Shown: positions 12,374-25,729 of the stretch, piece by piece | Layout of the letters: the number at the start of each line of letters is the position of its first letter | How positions within the stretch are numbered: position 1 is the stretch's first letter | NCBI GenBank assembly: GCA_013265495.1 | Contig: MU058221.1 | Span: forward strand, 5,564,066-5,628,065 | Origin: Vicugna vicugna | Lineage: Eukaryota | DNA length: 64,000 nt | Reading direction: 5' to 3' | Made by a program: the position numbers and the translations under genes | Notes under the pieces: model-generated | Told to the model about the DNA's origin: nothing | What the model saw: only the letters and a program-made list of their open reading frames with translations | Databases searched by the model: none

Positions 12374-12858
12374 CTCTAAATAAATCCTGTGTCTTTCTGT
12401 CTTGGTTCCCTCTTCTCAGCGTGTGGTGTTCTTACTGCCAAGAATGACCTTGCCCTTGTTAAAATCCTCCCTATTCTTTGAGACTCATGTTTTATTTTAC
12501 CTCCTTGTCGCTGATCACCCCAACCAGAAGCCTTCTCTCCTTAACTTTGAATTACCCCATGAGTCATTTATGTGTCTTGTATTTATGGTCTGTACTTGTC
12601 TCCTTATTAAATGTGAAGTCTTTGAGACCCAGTGTTTGACCCTTACTCATTTCAACCAGTAAATATTGTCATACATTTTATATGCGTAAAATATCTTAGG
12701 CAACAAGGATAGGAGAGGTTTTGTTGGTTTTTGTCTATTTGAACTTTTTTTTTTAAGTATGATCTCTCATTCTCAGGAATAAAATGAGGAGTGTAGATTG
12801 TTCAGAAAGAGTTGAGATGCTGTTCTACCAAATGACAGTGATATTGATAAGAAAAAAT

Positions 12859-12859
<1 letters not shown>

Positions 12860-12899
<40 letters not shown>
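12860..12899. repeat. Compound (TG)n(AG)n microsatellite
   Basis: Directly visible. Confidence 0.95.
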
Positions 12900-13169
12900 T
12901 CCTTGGGATATTTACATTTATTTGATTATACTTGGCATCCAGTTAAATTTTTTTCTAACATTGCTATCTCCTATTCATTTAGCCTAACATCTACCAGCTT
13001 TGGAAGGATACGTTTTATTCCCTCAAATAAATTTAATAAAGTGAGCAAAAAAATTGTTTTTCAAGTATGTTGTGTACTTAAATAAATACATCTTTCAATC
13101 AAATGCTCAGTAAAAATTTATTAAGATCCCACTATATTCCAGGCACTATCCTATAGGCACTTGTTTTAC

Positions 13170-13760
13170 AGCCTGGCACGCGGAAGACATTCAATAAAGG
13201 TAGCCTTGGTTGTTCCTTTATTCATTTTCCCCGCCCTTTCCTTGGCCCCGCCCAGATTACTTTTCCTTATTTCCCTGTCGCCCTGCAGCTTTTAGACTCC
13301 AGGCGGCTGCCGTAAGGCGGGGCGGCAAGATGGCAGCCTCCGCTTTTGCTGGTGCCGTGAGAGCAGCATCAGGTCAGTGGGAAGCGACGCGCTCGAGTCA
13401 CAGAAGGGGGTCCTGGCGCAGGACGGAGTGGGCGTTTAGCGTGGAGGTTAACAGGGAAAAAGCAAAATGGGGAAGGGGGTGTCGTTATTTGAGGCCAGAG
13501 GGTTCCGAATTTTCTCCGGGGCGGCCTGTATTCGGCTACCGGCAGCAGAGATCCCCGAGACTCTTGGACCCTTGCGGACCTGGGTCTCCCGCAGGTTCCG
13601 CTTCCTTACCGGCTCGTAACCGTTCCGCCTTCCCTAGAAAACAAACCAGAGGGACTAGGGTAGCGGGGCTGGCGCGAGGAAGACAGAACAGTCGCACTTG
13701 ACTTTCTGATTTGGAGGCTAGAACCCGCCACTCACGACGCTTGACCTTGAAGTTATTTAA
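13170..13760. promoter_or_regulatory. MRPL35 CpG-island promoter
   Basis: CpG-rich. GC boxes (CCCCGCCC at about 13228 and 13246; AGGCGGGGCGG at 13315-13325). YY1-like CAAGATGGCAGC overlapping the ATG (13326-13337). Confidence 0.8.
13330..13372 (+). CDS. MRPL35: MRPL35 (bL35m) exon 1 coding part (43 nt)
   Basis: AAGATGG Kozak context, MAASAFAGAVRAAS, donor CAG|GTCAGT. Confidence 0.97.
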
Positions 13761-14289
13761 TATCTTTGAACTGCAGATTCTGCAGCTCTAAAATAGGGAT
13801 AATACTATCCTCCTGAGGACTAGATGAGCTCGTGCACGTACAGCGCCTTGCGTGGTACCTGACATATCGTGAGTGTGTCTGTATGAGATTCAAGCAATAT
13901 GCAGGGAATGTGGCTGTTTGGTTCACTCAGATCCCGGTGCATCCTGACCTAGAGATGATCGGAGTGAAACGTTGCCTTCACTCTAAGGACTGCTGCAAAA
14001 AGTTAAAGATCATTCAAATAGGATAAGGTTATCAGTAAATTACTTTCACACAAAATAAGGATAAAATTCTGTGGAAGAAGAATAGAAATAAAGAAGAAAA
14101 ATGTGTAAAGTTACAGAAGAGCTTGTTATTTGGGATATTTTTAAATTGCGAAATACAACATATAAAAATTTATATAGCATACACGAATAACTTGAATAAT
14201 TTAAGCAAACATGGGTAGAACTAAACACCCAGGCCAGAACGTACAACGCTACCTGAAGTGTCTTTTCCACTTCTGTGTGCCTCCCCAAT

Positions 14290-15130
14290 CAAAATTAGCT
14301 ATTTCTGCCGAACATAAACTCTATCTTTATTTTTATTATTACCTTGTCTTTTGTTCTGTAGTAATTTTAGGATCCATATATGCGTCATAAGTAATATACT
14401 GTTTAGTTTTGTCTGCTTGTACTTTACATGAACGGAATCACACAGTATGTACTCTTGTGTTTTTACATTGTGAAATTCATTCATTTTACATGCAGCTGTA
14501 ATGCTTTCTCATTGGTATAGAATAGTCCCTCATGTGATTACCCCATTTTTCTATTCTTCATTTTATTGTTGATGGGTGTTTGGGTGTTTCCATTTGGGGT
14601 GGTTAGATGCAAAGCTGATTGGTGGTGTGTCCTGGTACATGTGTGCAAGAGTTTCTCTAAGGTGTGTGTGTATACATATAAAACTGGCTATAGACTTGCT
14701 GAATCAGAGTATGTATATATTCTGCATTGCCTGATAACCGCCAAAGTGATGTGTTTATTTAAAGCCACCCAGCACTGTATGCTCCACATTTTCATGTGGA
14801 GTTGTTATTGTTAAGATCTATAGATTTTTTTCAGTCTGATCGCGGTGGCATTGTGGTTTAAATAGCATTTCCCTGATTAGTAATGAGCCTGGATAGCTTT
14901 ATATGTGTGAATTAGACATTCAAATTTCTTTGATGAAATACTTAAATATTTTGCCCATTTTTCTATTGGATTCTTCGTCTTACTGATTTATGGTAGTTCT
15001 TTATATATTCTGGGTATGTGTCTTTTCTCATTTAAATGTTTCCAAATGTCTCCCACTCTGGCTTGCTTTTTTAGTTTAAAGTATCTTTTGATGAAAAGAA
15101 GTTCTTATTTTCATCAACTTGAATTTATTG
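14290..15130 (-). mobile_element. Old L1 fragment, antisense in MRPL35 intron 1
   Basis: GCATTTCCCTGATTAGTAATGAG, TTTTGCCCATTTTTCTATTGG, TTCTTTATATATTCTGG motifs. Confidence 0.7.
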
Positions 15131-16879
15131 TCCTTGTTTTTTTAAAAATAGATAAGATATTAATGCACTATGGTATTTAGATTCCATTGAAAACATTTAA
15201 GAGAGTGATGTGATATTTTTAAATGTCAGTATTTGAAATACGCTAGACATTATATCCTTTTGAAGAACGTAAACTATTTATAATTTTAGATATTACTTAA
15301 AATTTTGTGAAAAGGTATATAATTTTTCAAATTTCTTTTAGAGGGTATGGGATCAAAAAAGCTTGCAAAAAAAAAAAAAAGCTTGAAGACCACTACTTTA
15401 GACACTGTCACACTCATCTACCCCTCCGCATATTCCTTGGATTCCTGCCATAGGGGACTATTTGTAATTCTCCAAACATAATACATAATTTCCCAAACAT
15501 ACTACATATTCCATTTTCTGCCTCCTGTTCCCTCCACCTCCTCTTATTCCTTCGAAACTGGTTTTGTATCACCTTCTTTGTGAAAACATCAGTCTTCTCC
15601 ATTCAAGAGTAAAGAGAAAGCCAGTCTGTATTAAAATACTCGAACAGGGCAGAAGACTGAAGGAGCAGTTAATTACTGCCCTTGATTTGTGAGCTGCCCT
15701 TTTGTTAACACAGCCTGAGGTGGACTGTGTTCGTTTTTTACAAACTAAATCACAATGCTGGTCCACGAGAGGGTATGGTGGACAAAAGCCCCCCCAAGTC
15801 ACTTTCTCAGGAACTGCTCTTAAACCAGGCTCACCCTTCCTGTTCTTCCAGGAGCCATGTTTTTCTAACCTCAGTGTGTTTATTCCGTTTCATCTTGTTA
15901 ATTTTGATGTGTTTTTCCTCTTACCAAGATCACTCTGCGTCCAGATAGTCTGTCTTCATAAACACATTAATAAGTCATGGTTCCCAGCTTGTTTTTTCAT
16001 GCAGATTTGCTAAACATGCCTTATGAAGATATGTTCATAAGAGTCAATTAGGGAGCCAGGAAGACACTTTCACCAGCAGAACAGCAATCAGCTCATTTGA
16101 GGGTAGTTTTCAGTCAGCTTGGAATTTACCTAACAGTACTATTATCCTGCCCACATTGCTGTATTTATTTAGAATATAAGAAACCTCACATGCTTTCCTA
16201 AAGTCAAGGTGCACCGTGTCTAGATACTCCTCTAATTTCTCAGGCTGGTGACTACATCAAAAAATAAAATGAAGTTCTTTTTAAGGAACAATTTATTCCC
16301 AGTTGACCAAATATTTTTTTTCTCTGTGCACTTCTTTTTTTTTTTAATCCATTCTAACCTTTTTTCTACAGATAAGCTTGTAGTTTACCCATTTATTTCT
16401 AGACTCTATCTGCTCACTTCCCTGAGGGGCAAGTTCCAAGAATTTCTGAGAGGCTTTTTTTTTTTAATTGAGACATATCTAGCTCTGATGACCTGTGAAA
16501 ATTGGATTTTCTTGCCTACAATCCTCCTCTTTGATTCACTTTAATCTTTGAAAGATTACCTCCTAGTTTGTAATCATGTCTGCAAATAGTTTTCAGCTCT
16601 TTGAGACATAAATTATTTATACCTGGAGACTTGAAGGCCTGCACTGAGTAGAGAATTTGACTTCCAGAGGCCCAGTGTAAGGGCTGCCTCACCGGTCTCC
16701 TGAATCTTGGATTTCAGCTAATTCATTAACGTTTATGCTACATTTTTCGGTTTGAAAATTGTTATCTTTGCTGGAGAACAGAAAAGCAGAATAAGGGTTT
16801 TAAGTGTTCTGTCTTCCTTCTGCCACCTCTTAACATTATACCATCTTTGCTAAGCATTCCTCAGCTATTTTTTATCTGC

Positions 16880-17120
16880 CGTTAACATTCGTTAAGTGTT
16901 TTCTCCATGCCAAGCACTGTTATCAGCACTCTACATGGTTTATTTTATTTAATTCTCATTACATGCTCCTGATTAAAATCATTTAAATTTGAGGAAACTG
17001 GGGCACAGAGAGGTTAAGTAACTGGCCCATGGTCACACAGCTAGTAAGTACTAGAGTTGGATTTGAATCCAAACAATCTGACTCAAACATTGGGACTTCA
17101 CTTCTGTGCCACACTGCGTT
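16880..17120 (-). mobile_element. MIR SINE
   Basis: GAGGAAACTGGGGCACAGAGAGGTTAAGTAACTGGCCCATGGTCACACAGCTAGTAAGT core. Similar MIR remnants near 13750, 21750, 24600, 36400, 39880, 44120 and 57700. Confidence 0.85.
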
Positions 17121-17181
17121 TGTTATGTGAAATCAGTGCAGTGGAGAGTAAGACAGTGGTTCTAAGTCCTTGCTTAGTATC

Positions 17182-17360
17182 TTTTTTTTTAAAAATACTT
17201 GAAGTTTAGTTGATTTGCAATGCCGTGTTAGTTTCTGGTGTATGGCATAGTGACTCCGTTATACATATATGTGTTCTTTTTCATCTTCTGTCTCATTATG
17301 GACTATTACAAGATACTGAGTGTAGTTCCCTGTGTTGCACAGCAGGACCTTGTTGTTTAT
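17182..17360 (-). mobile_element. Cetartiodactyl-type L1 3' end
   Basis: T-run then GTTGATTTGCAATG..GTTAGTTTCTGGTGTA...GTTCCCTGTG; reverse-complement similarity to 63110-63280. Confidence 0.75.
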
Positions 17361-18321
17361 AGTGGAGCTTTTCTTTTAACTAACTATTGAGGTATAATTT
17401 ACATACCATGAAATGACTTGTTTTATGTGTACAACTTGATGTAGTGAGTTGTGCAGCCACCACCACAGTCCAGTTTTAGGACACGTCCATCATCCTGTGG
17501 AGCTTGGCCAATGTGCACATTCTCGAGTCCCACACTAGGCTCAGTCAGAATCTACAGGTGGAGTCGGAGCCCTGAGTGATTCTGCTTTGCAGCGTGGCCT
17601 CTGGTCTGGCAGTGCTGTGCAGGACTGACAAAGAGAACTGTGTTCTATCCACACATCTAGGCCCTCCGTGATCTGCCTTCTGATCCGCCCGCCTTGTCTC
17701 CCACTACTCCCCAGGCTTCTCTGATAGTCAGGCAAGCGGTGCTCAGCCTCTGGGCAGGTCCAGTCCCCACTCCCGACCTGGATCTGTTCCAGCTTCCTTG
17801 CCTTCACACATGTTGTCCATCCTACCTGGAATCTGTACCTCCTCCTCTCATGGCCTCTTCATTTTCTAGAGGGGAGCTCAAGTACCTCTTCTGTCTCCTC
17901 TTTTTGCTCTACTGCCTCTCTGGGGAGCTGTCAGGCTTTCGTGTCTCTGCCACGCTGCTGCCCTTCATGCAGGAGTTTGTCTCGTCAGTCTCAGATCTGG
18001 AGGTGGGGGTGAACATTCCATGTCTTTTTTCCCACTACTGCTGAACGCAGAACTAAGGCACGTCGGGCTGGTTTGTGGTGATGGCTGCACCACTCTCTAA
18101 AGTTACTAAAAAGCATTGGATTGTACACAAATGGATAATTTTGTGGCATGTAAGCTACACCTCAGTAAGGTTGAGAAAAAGTTCCACGTGTGGGTCTCAT
18201 GCTCAGGACACATTAATTACATGTAACACTTGGTTGCTTTGATACATTACTTCATTTTAAGTACCCGGATGCATACTTGGAGCATCACATTGAGCATATA
18301 TGCTTCTCTCTCTCTCTCTAG

Positions 18322-18511
18322 GAATCTTCCGACCCCTGAATATTTTGGCCTCTTCAGCCTATCGAAACTGTGCCAAGAATGCCTGTCTTAGTGCTGCCCT
18401 GTCCACCCGACGTTTCAGTCCCACTCAGACACCGGTTGTTTCCTCTGCTCCCAGGCTTACCACATCTGTCAGGAACCTGACATGTGGGCCTACAGCAACA
18501 GTCCTCAACAG
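18322..18511 (+). CDS. MRPL35: MRPL35 exon 2 (190 nt)
   Basis: (CT)n TAG|GAATC...AACAG|GTGGGG. Encodes [23 protein letters not shown]...TATVLN(R). Confidence 0.97.
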
Positions 18512-19146
18512 GTGGGGAACATTTCAGTAAGCATGATGCTGGAACAAAAATTCTAAAATCTTCATGCCTCCAACAACATCTTAGAAGTCCATGATACCTT
18601 TGCCTGCCTACAGTTTATTCTGTAGACTTTGCCTGATGGAATGGGAGAATATTTGTGCCGGCAGCAGGGACAACCAAACCGAGCACCCTTCTAATGTTCT
18701 AGCTGTTGTTTCTGGGATGGCGTCTGTTGGCCAAAGTGGGGGGGAGGTGAACAAGATGCTCAGCTTGCAAGGCTGGGCGGCGAGTGGCGCTTGTTCAGCC
18801 AGCAGATGTTTACTTACTCCTGGGTGCCCAGCACCATACTTGGTATGAGGGAAACGAAGATAAAACCAAGCTGAAGTCCTCAAGGGGCTTATAATTCAGC
18901 GGGCAGATGGACGAGAAATCAGGTGGTTGAAGTATCACAGGATGCATTCTCCCGCAGGGAAGGAGGGGGTAGGTGATGGAGGGCCCGCAAGCTGCTATTC
19001 TTACCTACACGTAGCGTCACCTGAAATAATAGTGTTATTGAAGGTCAGCTCTATTCCGGTGGAGCTGCTTCTTTCAAAGTATGGAAGTGGATTTTATCCT
19101 TTAATCAGTCTTACTGCTGAGTTAGGTTTCTCTTAATATATTTTAG

Positions 19147-19291
19147 AGTGGCCCCCTTGCTCCCAGGTGTCCTGAAGCCACCAGTCAGAACTGTCACATA
19201 CTTCAGTTCACGCAAAGGCAAGAGAAAGACCGTGAAAGCTGTCATCTATAGGTTTCTTCGACTTCATTCTGGCCTGTGGCTAAGGAGGAAG
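19147..19291 (+). CDS. MRPL35: MRPL35 exon 3 (145 nt)
   Basis: TTTTAG|A...AAG|GTGAGT. Encodes [48 protein letters not shown] (L35 domain). Confidence 0.98.
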
Positions 19292-21203
19292 GTGAGTCGT
19301 CACGTGGTTACTTGCTTGGACAAGGAGTGTAGGCAGACTGAACTGATGCAGAATTCAGTTAGCCTGTTCCTGACTTACCTCCCCGCGCCCCCCAACCCCC
19401 GACTTACAGTAGCTTTTACAGTGCAGTGCTTAAGTCCCAGCTCGGCAGGCATCTCTTCATGTAAACAAATCCATATGAAGAAAACATGTTTAAGCATTCA
19501 TATAACAAAATATTCAGTGATGAAAGTCTTCGCTGTAGGGCAGGTTCCTCTCCGGTCTCTTACATGTCACCTTATCTAATGATTACCTGGATCCCTTAGA
19601 GACCCCCGTGCAGTGATCCTGTGGGGAGGCTCTGTTTAAGCCGAGAGTGTTAAAACAGCGGAGTGGACTTAGTCATCTGGCTCAAGTCTGGGGACTGAAG
19701 AGCTTCCAGCCGACCTTGGATTGGGTTCTCCAGGTGGTTTAATGTCTATGACAGAACATTAACCCCTCATACACTTTTTTTTTCCCCTGTTGGTGTGTTT
19801 GATTGGAGACCGTACCAGACAGAACTCATACTTATTCTGACCAGGGACCACAGCCCCTAAAGGGGGACTCTGATGGATTATTCCCACTCTGTCCTCTCCC
19901 ACAGCATGTCATGAGCGTGAATGTGGGCTTTTTCATTCATGTCCTTTTTATTCTTAGAGACAGAGCAGGTCATAATTAGGAAGTGGCTGAAAACCAGAGT
20001 TTCACAAAACGACCTTTGAGTTTTCATAACTATTCAAATCCTAATTCCCTTATACTATTTGGAAGTTAACCAATAATTCCTTAAAGATTAAAATTTGTTT
20101 CCCTGTGAAAATAAAATAATTGATAGGACTTACTATTTAAAAGGTTGAAAGGATTATCTTCTTTCTTATAAACAATCCTCAATTTGTAGAGAAATAGTTT
20201 GATTAGAACTCTCAGCTCATTTCTCTGTTGGAACAGTACTGTGGTGGTTAGTTTCCTGCACTAAATAGAAGCTCATGTAATCCACAAGTAGCTGATGGTT
20301 GTGAATTATGGACCACGGAAACGTTTCCTCCCCTTTGTTCTACAAATAATTTCCTGGACCTCATCTGGCTGTAGATAAAATGAAACGAGTGGTTTTCCTT
20401 GCCTTCCTTTTCACATCCTTTTTATTGGACCCTGAAACCCTCATGCTGTTATAAATGACCTGATCAAATTCTCCAGTTGTAATACCTAGTTCCCACTCAA
20501 GGTCTTAAAAAGTACTCTGTATGCAGAATGGCCTGCTCCACCAAAATCTGATTTTAAGAAGAAAATAAAAAATATGGGTGGGTTAATTTATTCTAATGCA
20601 TAAAAACAAAGTATTTTCTGCAACACAGTTTCATGTCGGTGTCCCTAATTTGTTTTGTTTATTCCCTCCTTCCATTTCTGGACCTAGGATTGTCTAAAAC
20701 CTTTCAGGCATTTTCACAGTGGTTACATTCCACGTCACGGAACCCGTAATGGGCAGGACAGCAGAGCAGAGCAGCTGTCTGTACGGCCGAGATCTACAGG
20801 GCCCCTGTTTGGCTTGCAGACTAGAAAATTACTACACAAATATGAGGGTTTGGGTTTGACTCTTTCAATTTAAAATTGTAAGCAATGAGAAATGGCCATC
20901 TAATCTCTGGCATTTTAAAACCAGAACTCTTAAATAACCCTTCTTTATTTCTAAGCGTCACTGTACTATAGAGGGGCTTGCTGGTCACAGCGCTGACACT
21001 AAGGCGTGCTGGAAATCCAGGGCACCTTCTCAGGGAAGAGCTGTGGTTTTGTTCACTTAGTGCGATGCCCCCAAGAGCCCTTGGCTTGAAAGGATCCAAG
21101 TGCTCTGACCAATGGCTTGGATTCTATCTCAGCTCCCTTATGAATCAGGGGTGGTTTTAGCCAAGCATTAACCTGGGTGGTGCCCAAGGTCTTTTCTAGT
21201 TTA

Positions 21204-21340
21204 TTTTTAATTTTTTTAAAATAAATCTTATTTTTACGTATTTATCTATTTATTTATTTATTTATTTTTAATGAAGGTACTGGGGATTGAACCCAGTACT
21301 AAGTGTGCACTCTACCTCTGAGCTATACCCTCCCGCTCCC
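21204..21340 (-). mobile_element. Vic-1-type SINE (internally deleted)
   Basis: Flanked by a GGTCT(T/C)TTCTAGTTTA 16-bp TSD (about 21188 and 21341). Confidence 0.85.
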
Positions 21341-22154
21341 GGTCTCTTCTAGTTTAAACAGGCTATGATTATAGTTTTTATATTCGGTGTCATAATCTGT
21401 TTCTTCAGAAATTAATTCTTCAGAATTAATGACGCATAGAAGGTATATATGGCCTTTGCGGATTAAACATACGGGGTAACCATTCCTTCCCCACTCCTAG
21501 TGGTAGTTCTGCTGTAGTCATTATTCCCTAGAAAAGTACTTACTATAGAAATTGGTCCCCCGTGTGTGAAAAGAATAAATGGAGTGACGTGTGTGAGCGC
21601 GTTGCTTCTCAGCCCTTGTAATACTTGGGCTCCCGTAAGGGGACGTACATGCTACCGACTGCAGGACTCCCCATGTCCTCCTCCAGGTAGGACAGCAGCG
21701 CAGCGGTTAAGGACTCTTACTGGTTCTCTGACCTCAGTCTGCTACTAAACTTCTCTAATCAGCAGTTGTTTCTCTTTAATCTGTAAAATAAGAATCTCAG
21801 TACGTTATTGTTGAAGATGGTTGAAGGGATAACAAGGTAACACACAGCCAGTTGGCTGTTAGAATTGCCTATCATTCCCTGTACTTCACCAGCCACACTG
21901 ATCTATTTAGCTTTATTTCCTTGGTTTTAATTTAATCTTTTTAAAAATATTAAATTATTAATTTTTTTCAAACTACACATGCTTTTTCTCTGTCTACCCT
22001 CTATTGAGAATCACATTTTTTCTGAAAAACATACCAGCCCCTGTGAAAGTTCAGTCTTTGTTCCCACAAGGCCTATAAGCCATGAGTAGTGGAGATATCT
22101 GTTGTTTCCTACATAATAAAATGTTTTAATTGTCTTTGTAATATTATCTAATAG

Positions 22155-22343
<189 letters not shown>

Positions 22344-24844
22344 ATCAGAAGTTTTATGATTTCCTGGTGCTTGAATCTGCATCTTTGTGTATGTGATGTC
22401 TTTGCAACGGTGAGAGAGTATGAAATGTGCTGTAAGTTGTACCAGCTGATATGGAAACATACAGTACCAACATTAAATTTATCTGCGTTCTAAAACTCAA
22501 TGGAGTAAACATTCCCAGATTTGTTCAGAGAAATAGAAATTTTAAATGAATGAGTATTGTTCATTATTAATTATATGGTGATGGCGTAACCAGTTGTTCC
22601 CATTAGGCTTATTTAGCTGCAAGGAATCTCAAGTGAGGACAGACATAAAAAGACTGTCAAGTAACGAGTTAGCTCAAGCAGTGTGACGTTTTACGGACAC
22701 GTGCCTGGGGACTCAGGAACCACCTCACCACCCCTCTCTCCCTCCCAAAGCGAACCCCTGGGCCTCAGGACGAGCAGCAACTACATGGTGATCCTGGACC
22801 CGGGGCATCTCCAGGGGTCCAGCGGCAGGAAGCGGTGGGCCTCTAGGCTTGGGGTCTGCCTTGCACGCGACTCAGTTCTTGTTGCATCGCGGGCTCCACT
22901 CGCTGTCTCCTCACCACATGCTCTCATTCACAGCTTTTGTTTACCCTCAATACCCGCTCCCTCGTAGTGTGCACCACTCAGGTTCTTCTCTGCATCAGGA
23001 CCCTCAGCTCCTGACTCCAGGCTCTGACTGTCAGGAGCCAACCGGGCCAGCTTGTCTCTTTACACCAGGTCTCATCAGGGGCACTGACCAGTGTAGGGAC
23101 TGGCTGTTCTTAGGTCAGGAGCCCACCCTGGCCCACTTGGTCGTATTAGCAGGTCCACGTGCAGCAAAAACTAGTTCTGTGAGCAGTTTCACTCCGAGGG
23201 GAGCCCGGGGTGGCAGCACGCGCCCAGGGGACTGGGTTTATTGTGTTCACAACAGTTCTCAACTCAGGTTATTGGAAAAGGATTTTTTATTGAGAGGAGA
23301 AAATGAAACAGTCTTTCGGGATGTCCATTCTTGAAATAAGAGGCTATACAAGTGAAGACAAAGGCTTTTTACCCAGGATTTAAAAGGTACTGTATTTTTT
23401 AAAAGTTGGTTTATCCACTTGTGATTCCGTATTTTTAATTGTGAGGATAAGCTTTTCCAAAATTTTCCAAAGACACATTGTACAAACTAAGGGTAAAAAG
23501 TAACCTCAGTCATTTTAGAAATGAGGCAAGAGTGAAGCATTATTCACTTGAAGAGGGTCAGGCACTGAGGAAAGTTTAGATTTTCAGAGTGATTATGAGG
23601 GGCTGGTTCTCAGCTCTCCTATCAGAATCACGTGGAAAGCATTTTCAAACAATAGAGCATTTTGCTTGGTTGAAAAATCATTATTATATAGAACCATGCC
23701 TCAATTACTGCTTCAGATCCTGTAATATAATAGTTGATAGTGATATGATGAAGTTCCTCTATTATTGACAGATTAAGGGAAAAGCTACCCAAATTGAACT
23801 TCTGTGGCAGACTCGGTTTAGTGGAGGGACTCCTAGAAACCAGTGTGCATTCGTTAAAAGGGTGACAATGGCGTGTTTGAAAACTGCAAAGCCACGTGTA
23901 TGTCTGTTTCTGGGACCAGTTAATAAAGAACAGACATTTGATTTGAGATGAGAATCTACAGTGTGGAGCACGGAGTGTCCTTCTGTTTTGATGGGTTTTC
24001 TTTCCCTCTTACTGCTGAGGTGGCCACAGCCAGTCATTTACAAGGCATCGGCATCATTTCTCACCTGCCTGGCTCCTTACCCCTTTCTCTCACCGTTGGT
24101 AGCGGGATGGAGCTGGTGCCTGAAGACGCTGGGGAGGAGATGACTCCCGTCACTCCATGACTTCTCTAGTGCAAACATGGACTGCAGAGCACCTTGGTTC
24201 CCCCTCCAGGCCAGGGACAGGAGAGGCAGAGACAAGGGCTGGCATGAGGCCTCAGCAGCCAGAGATGGACGGAAACGGAAGGGCTGACATGCCCGTGATT
24301 TAGGGGAAAGGGAATTTTCACATATACAGCTGTTTTGCGGGGAGCAGGGTTTGTCATCGACACTGATTTTATAGTTTGACAACAAAACATCTTAAATTAA
24401 CATGCTGATTGCCATGTCACCCATATCTAGGTGACAGTTTTGTTTCCTCAGGGGCACTCGATCCACAGTGGGTGATCAACATGTTAAAGAGTCTTATCTA
24501 AGTAACATCCAAGTATGTAAAAGTATAATTTATTGAACACCTACTGTGTCCCAGCATGTATCCACAAAACCACTAATCCTCAGGACCAGCCTTGCAAGGG
24601 AGATATTCTCTCTCCCTTGTTCGGATTTGTGGAAACTGAAGCTCACAGCAGCTTAAATACATTACCCAAAATACAGCTACTAAGTCACAGAGCCCAGGTC
24701 TGACTCCCTGGACTCCTGTGTATTTCCCTGAGTCTTCTAACAACACTTGAAAATTTACACCTAAACCAACAAGTGACTGAAATCTAGCACCATAAATACT
24801 CAACAATTCTTCATGACAGTGAACCAAGTTAGCTTTTTTAAGTT

Positions 24845-24955
24845 TTATTATTTTTTTAATTTTCATTATTTTTTTAATGGAAGTATTGGAGATTGAACTC
24901 AGGACCTCACGCATGCGAAGAATGCACTCTATCACTGCGCTATACCTTCCCCCCA
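24845..24955 (-). mobile_element. Vic-1-type SINE
   Basis: GGAAGTATTGGAGATTGAACTCAGGACCTC...CTATACCTTCCCC. Confidence 0.8.
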
Positions 24956-25729
24956 GCTTTCAGTTTTGTCATTTTGCTTTTCCGTTATCTGTCAGCTCTT
25001 AACCTGGTTAATCTCAGTTCCGTTGACATTGGGCTTGGCTCAGTAAATGAATAAATGAATGGATTTTCAGCCTTTCTTTGCATCTCTTCTTTCAGTCCTC
25101 TGAATCTTCTTCTTGACCTGTTGCTACTATTTTTCACAACCCTCATGTCACATGTACAGGACTGTAAAGGCAAAGAAAATGAGCGCTTCATTGTGATGTT
25201 TCAGGTTTTGAGTTTCCAGGTCTTTGTGACCACCCAGGGAGGCTTCCATGTGCCTCTTTATACCTTGTAAAGACAAGGGCACCCATGCCCCCCAGCACCT
25301 CCGCACGCAGCACCCTCTTCTGACCTGCACGTGTCCTCCCACAGTTGCAGATGAATAAACAGGTTCCAAGAAGGAACTGGTCTGTTGCAGAATTAAAATC
25401 GCCTTCCCGATGAATTACTCTGTTTTCACAGCTCCCTAGTTCCCACCGGTGACCTTTAAAAATGTAAAACAAACATACTACCAGGTTTAGATTCATGTGA
25501 TCAACTGGTTTTCAAAAAGCACTGATACCTTTGAATTTTTTCTCTTTGCAGTAATTCTATGCAGCAGGCTTGGAGCCAGGTCACCAGGCACCTGGTAGTG
25601 CACCTAAATCCTTTTGTAAATTACAGTCACCTTCAGTTAGTGGCTGAGCGCTTAAGTTCTAATCCTTGCTGCTGAATACAATTTCTTTTTTTAAGTATTT
25701 TAACAGCCCAACATTACAAAGGTGTCTTT

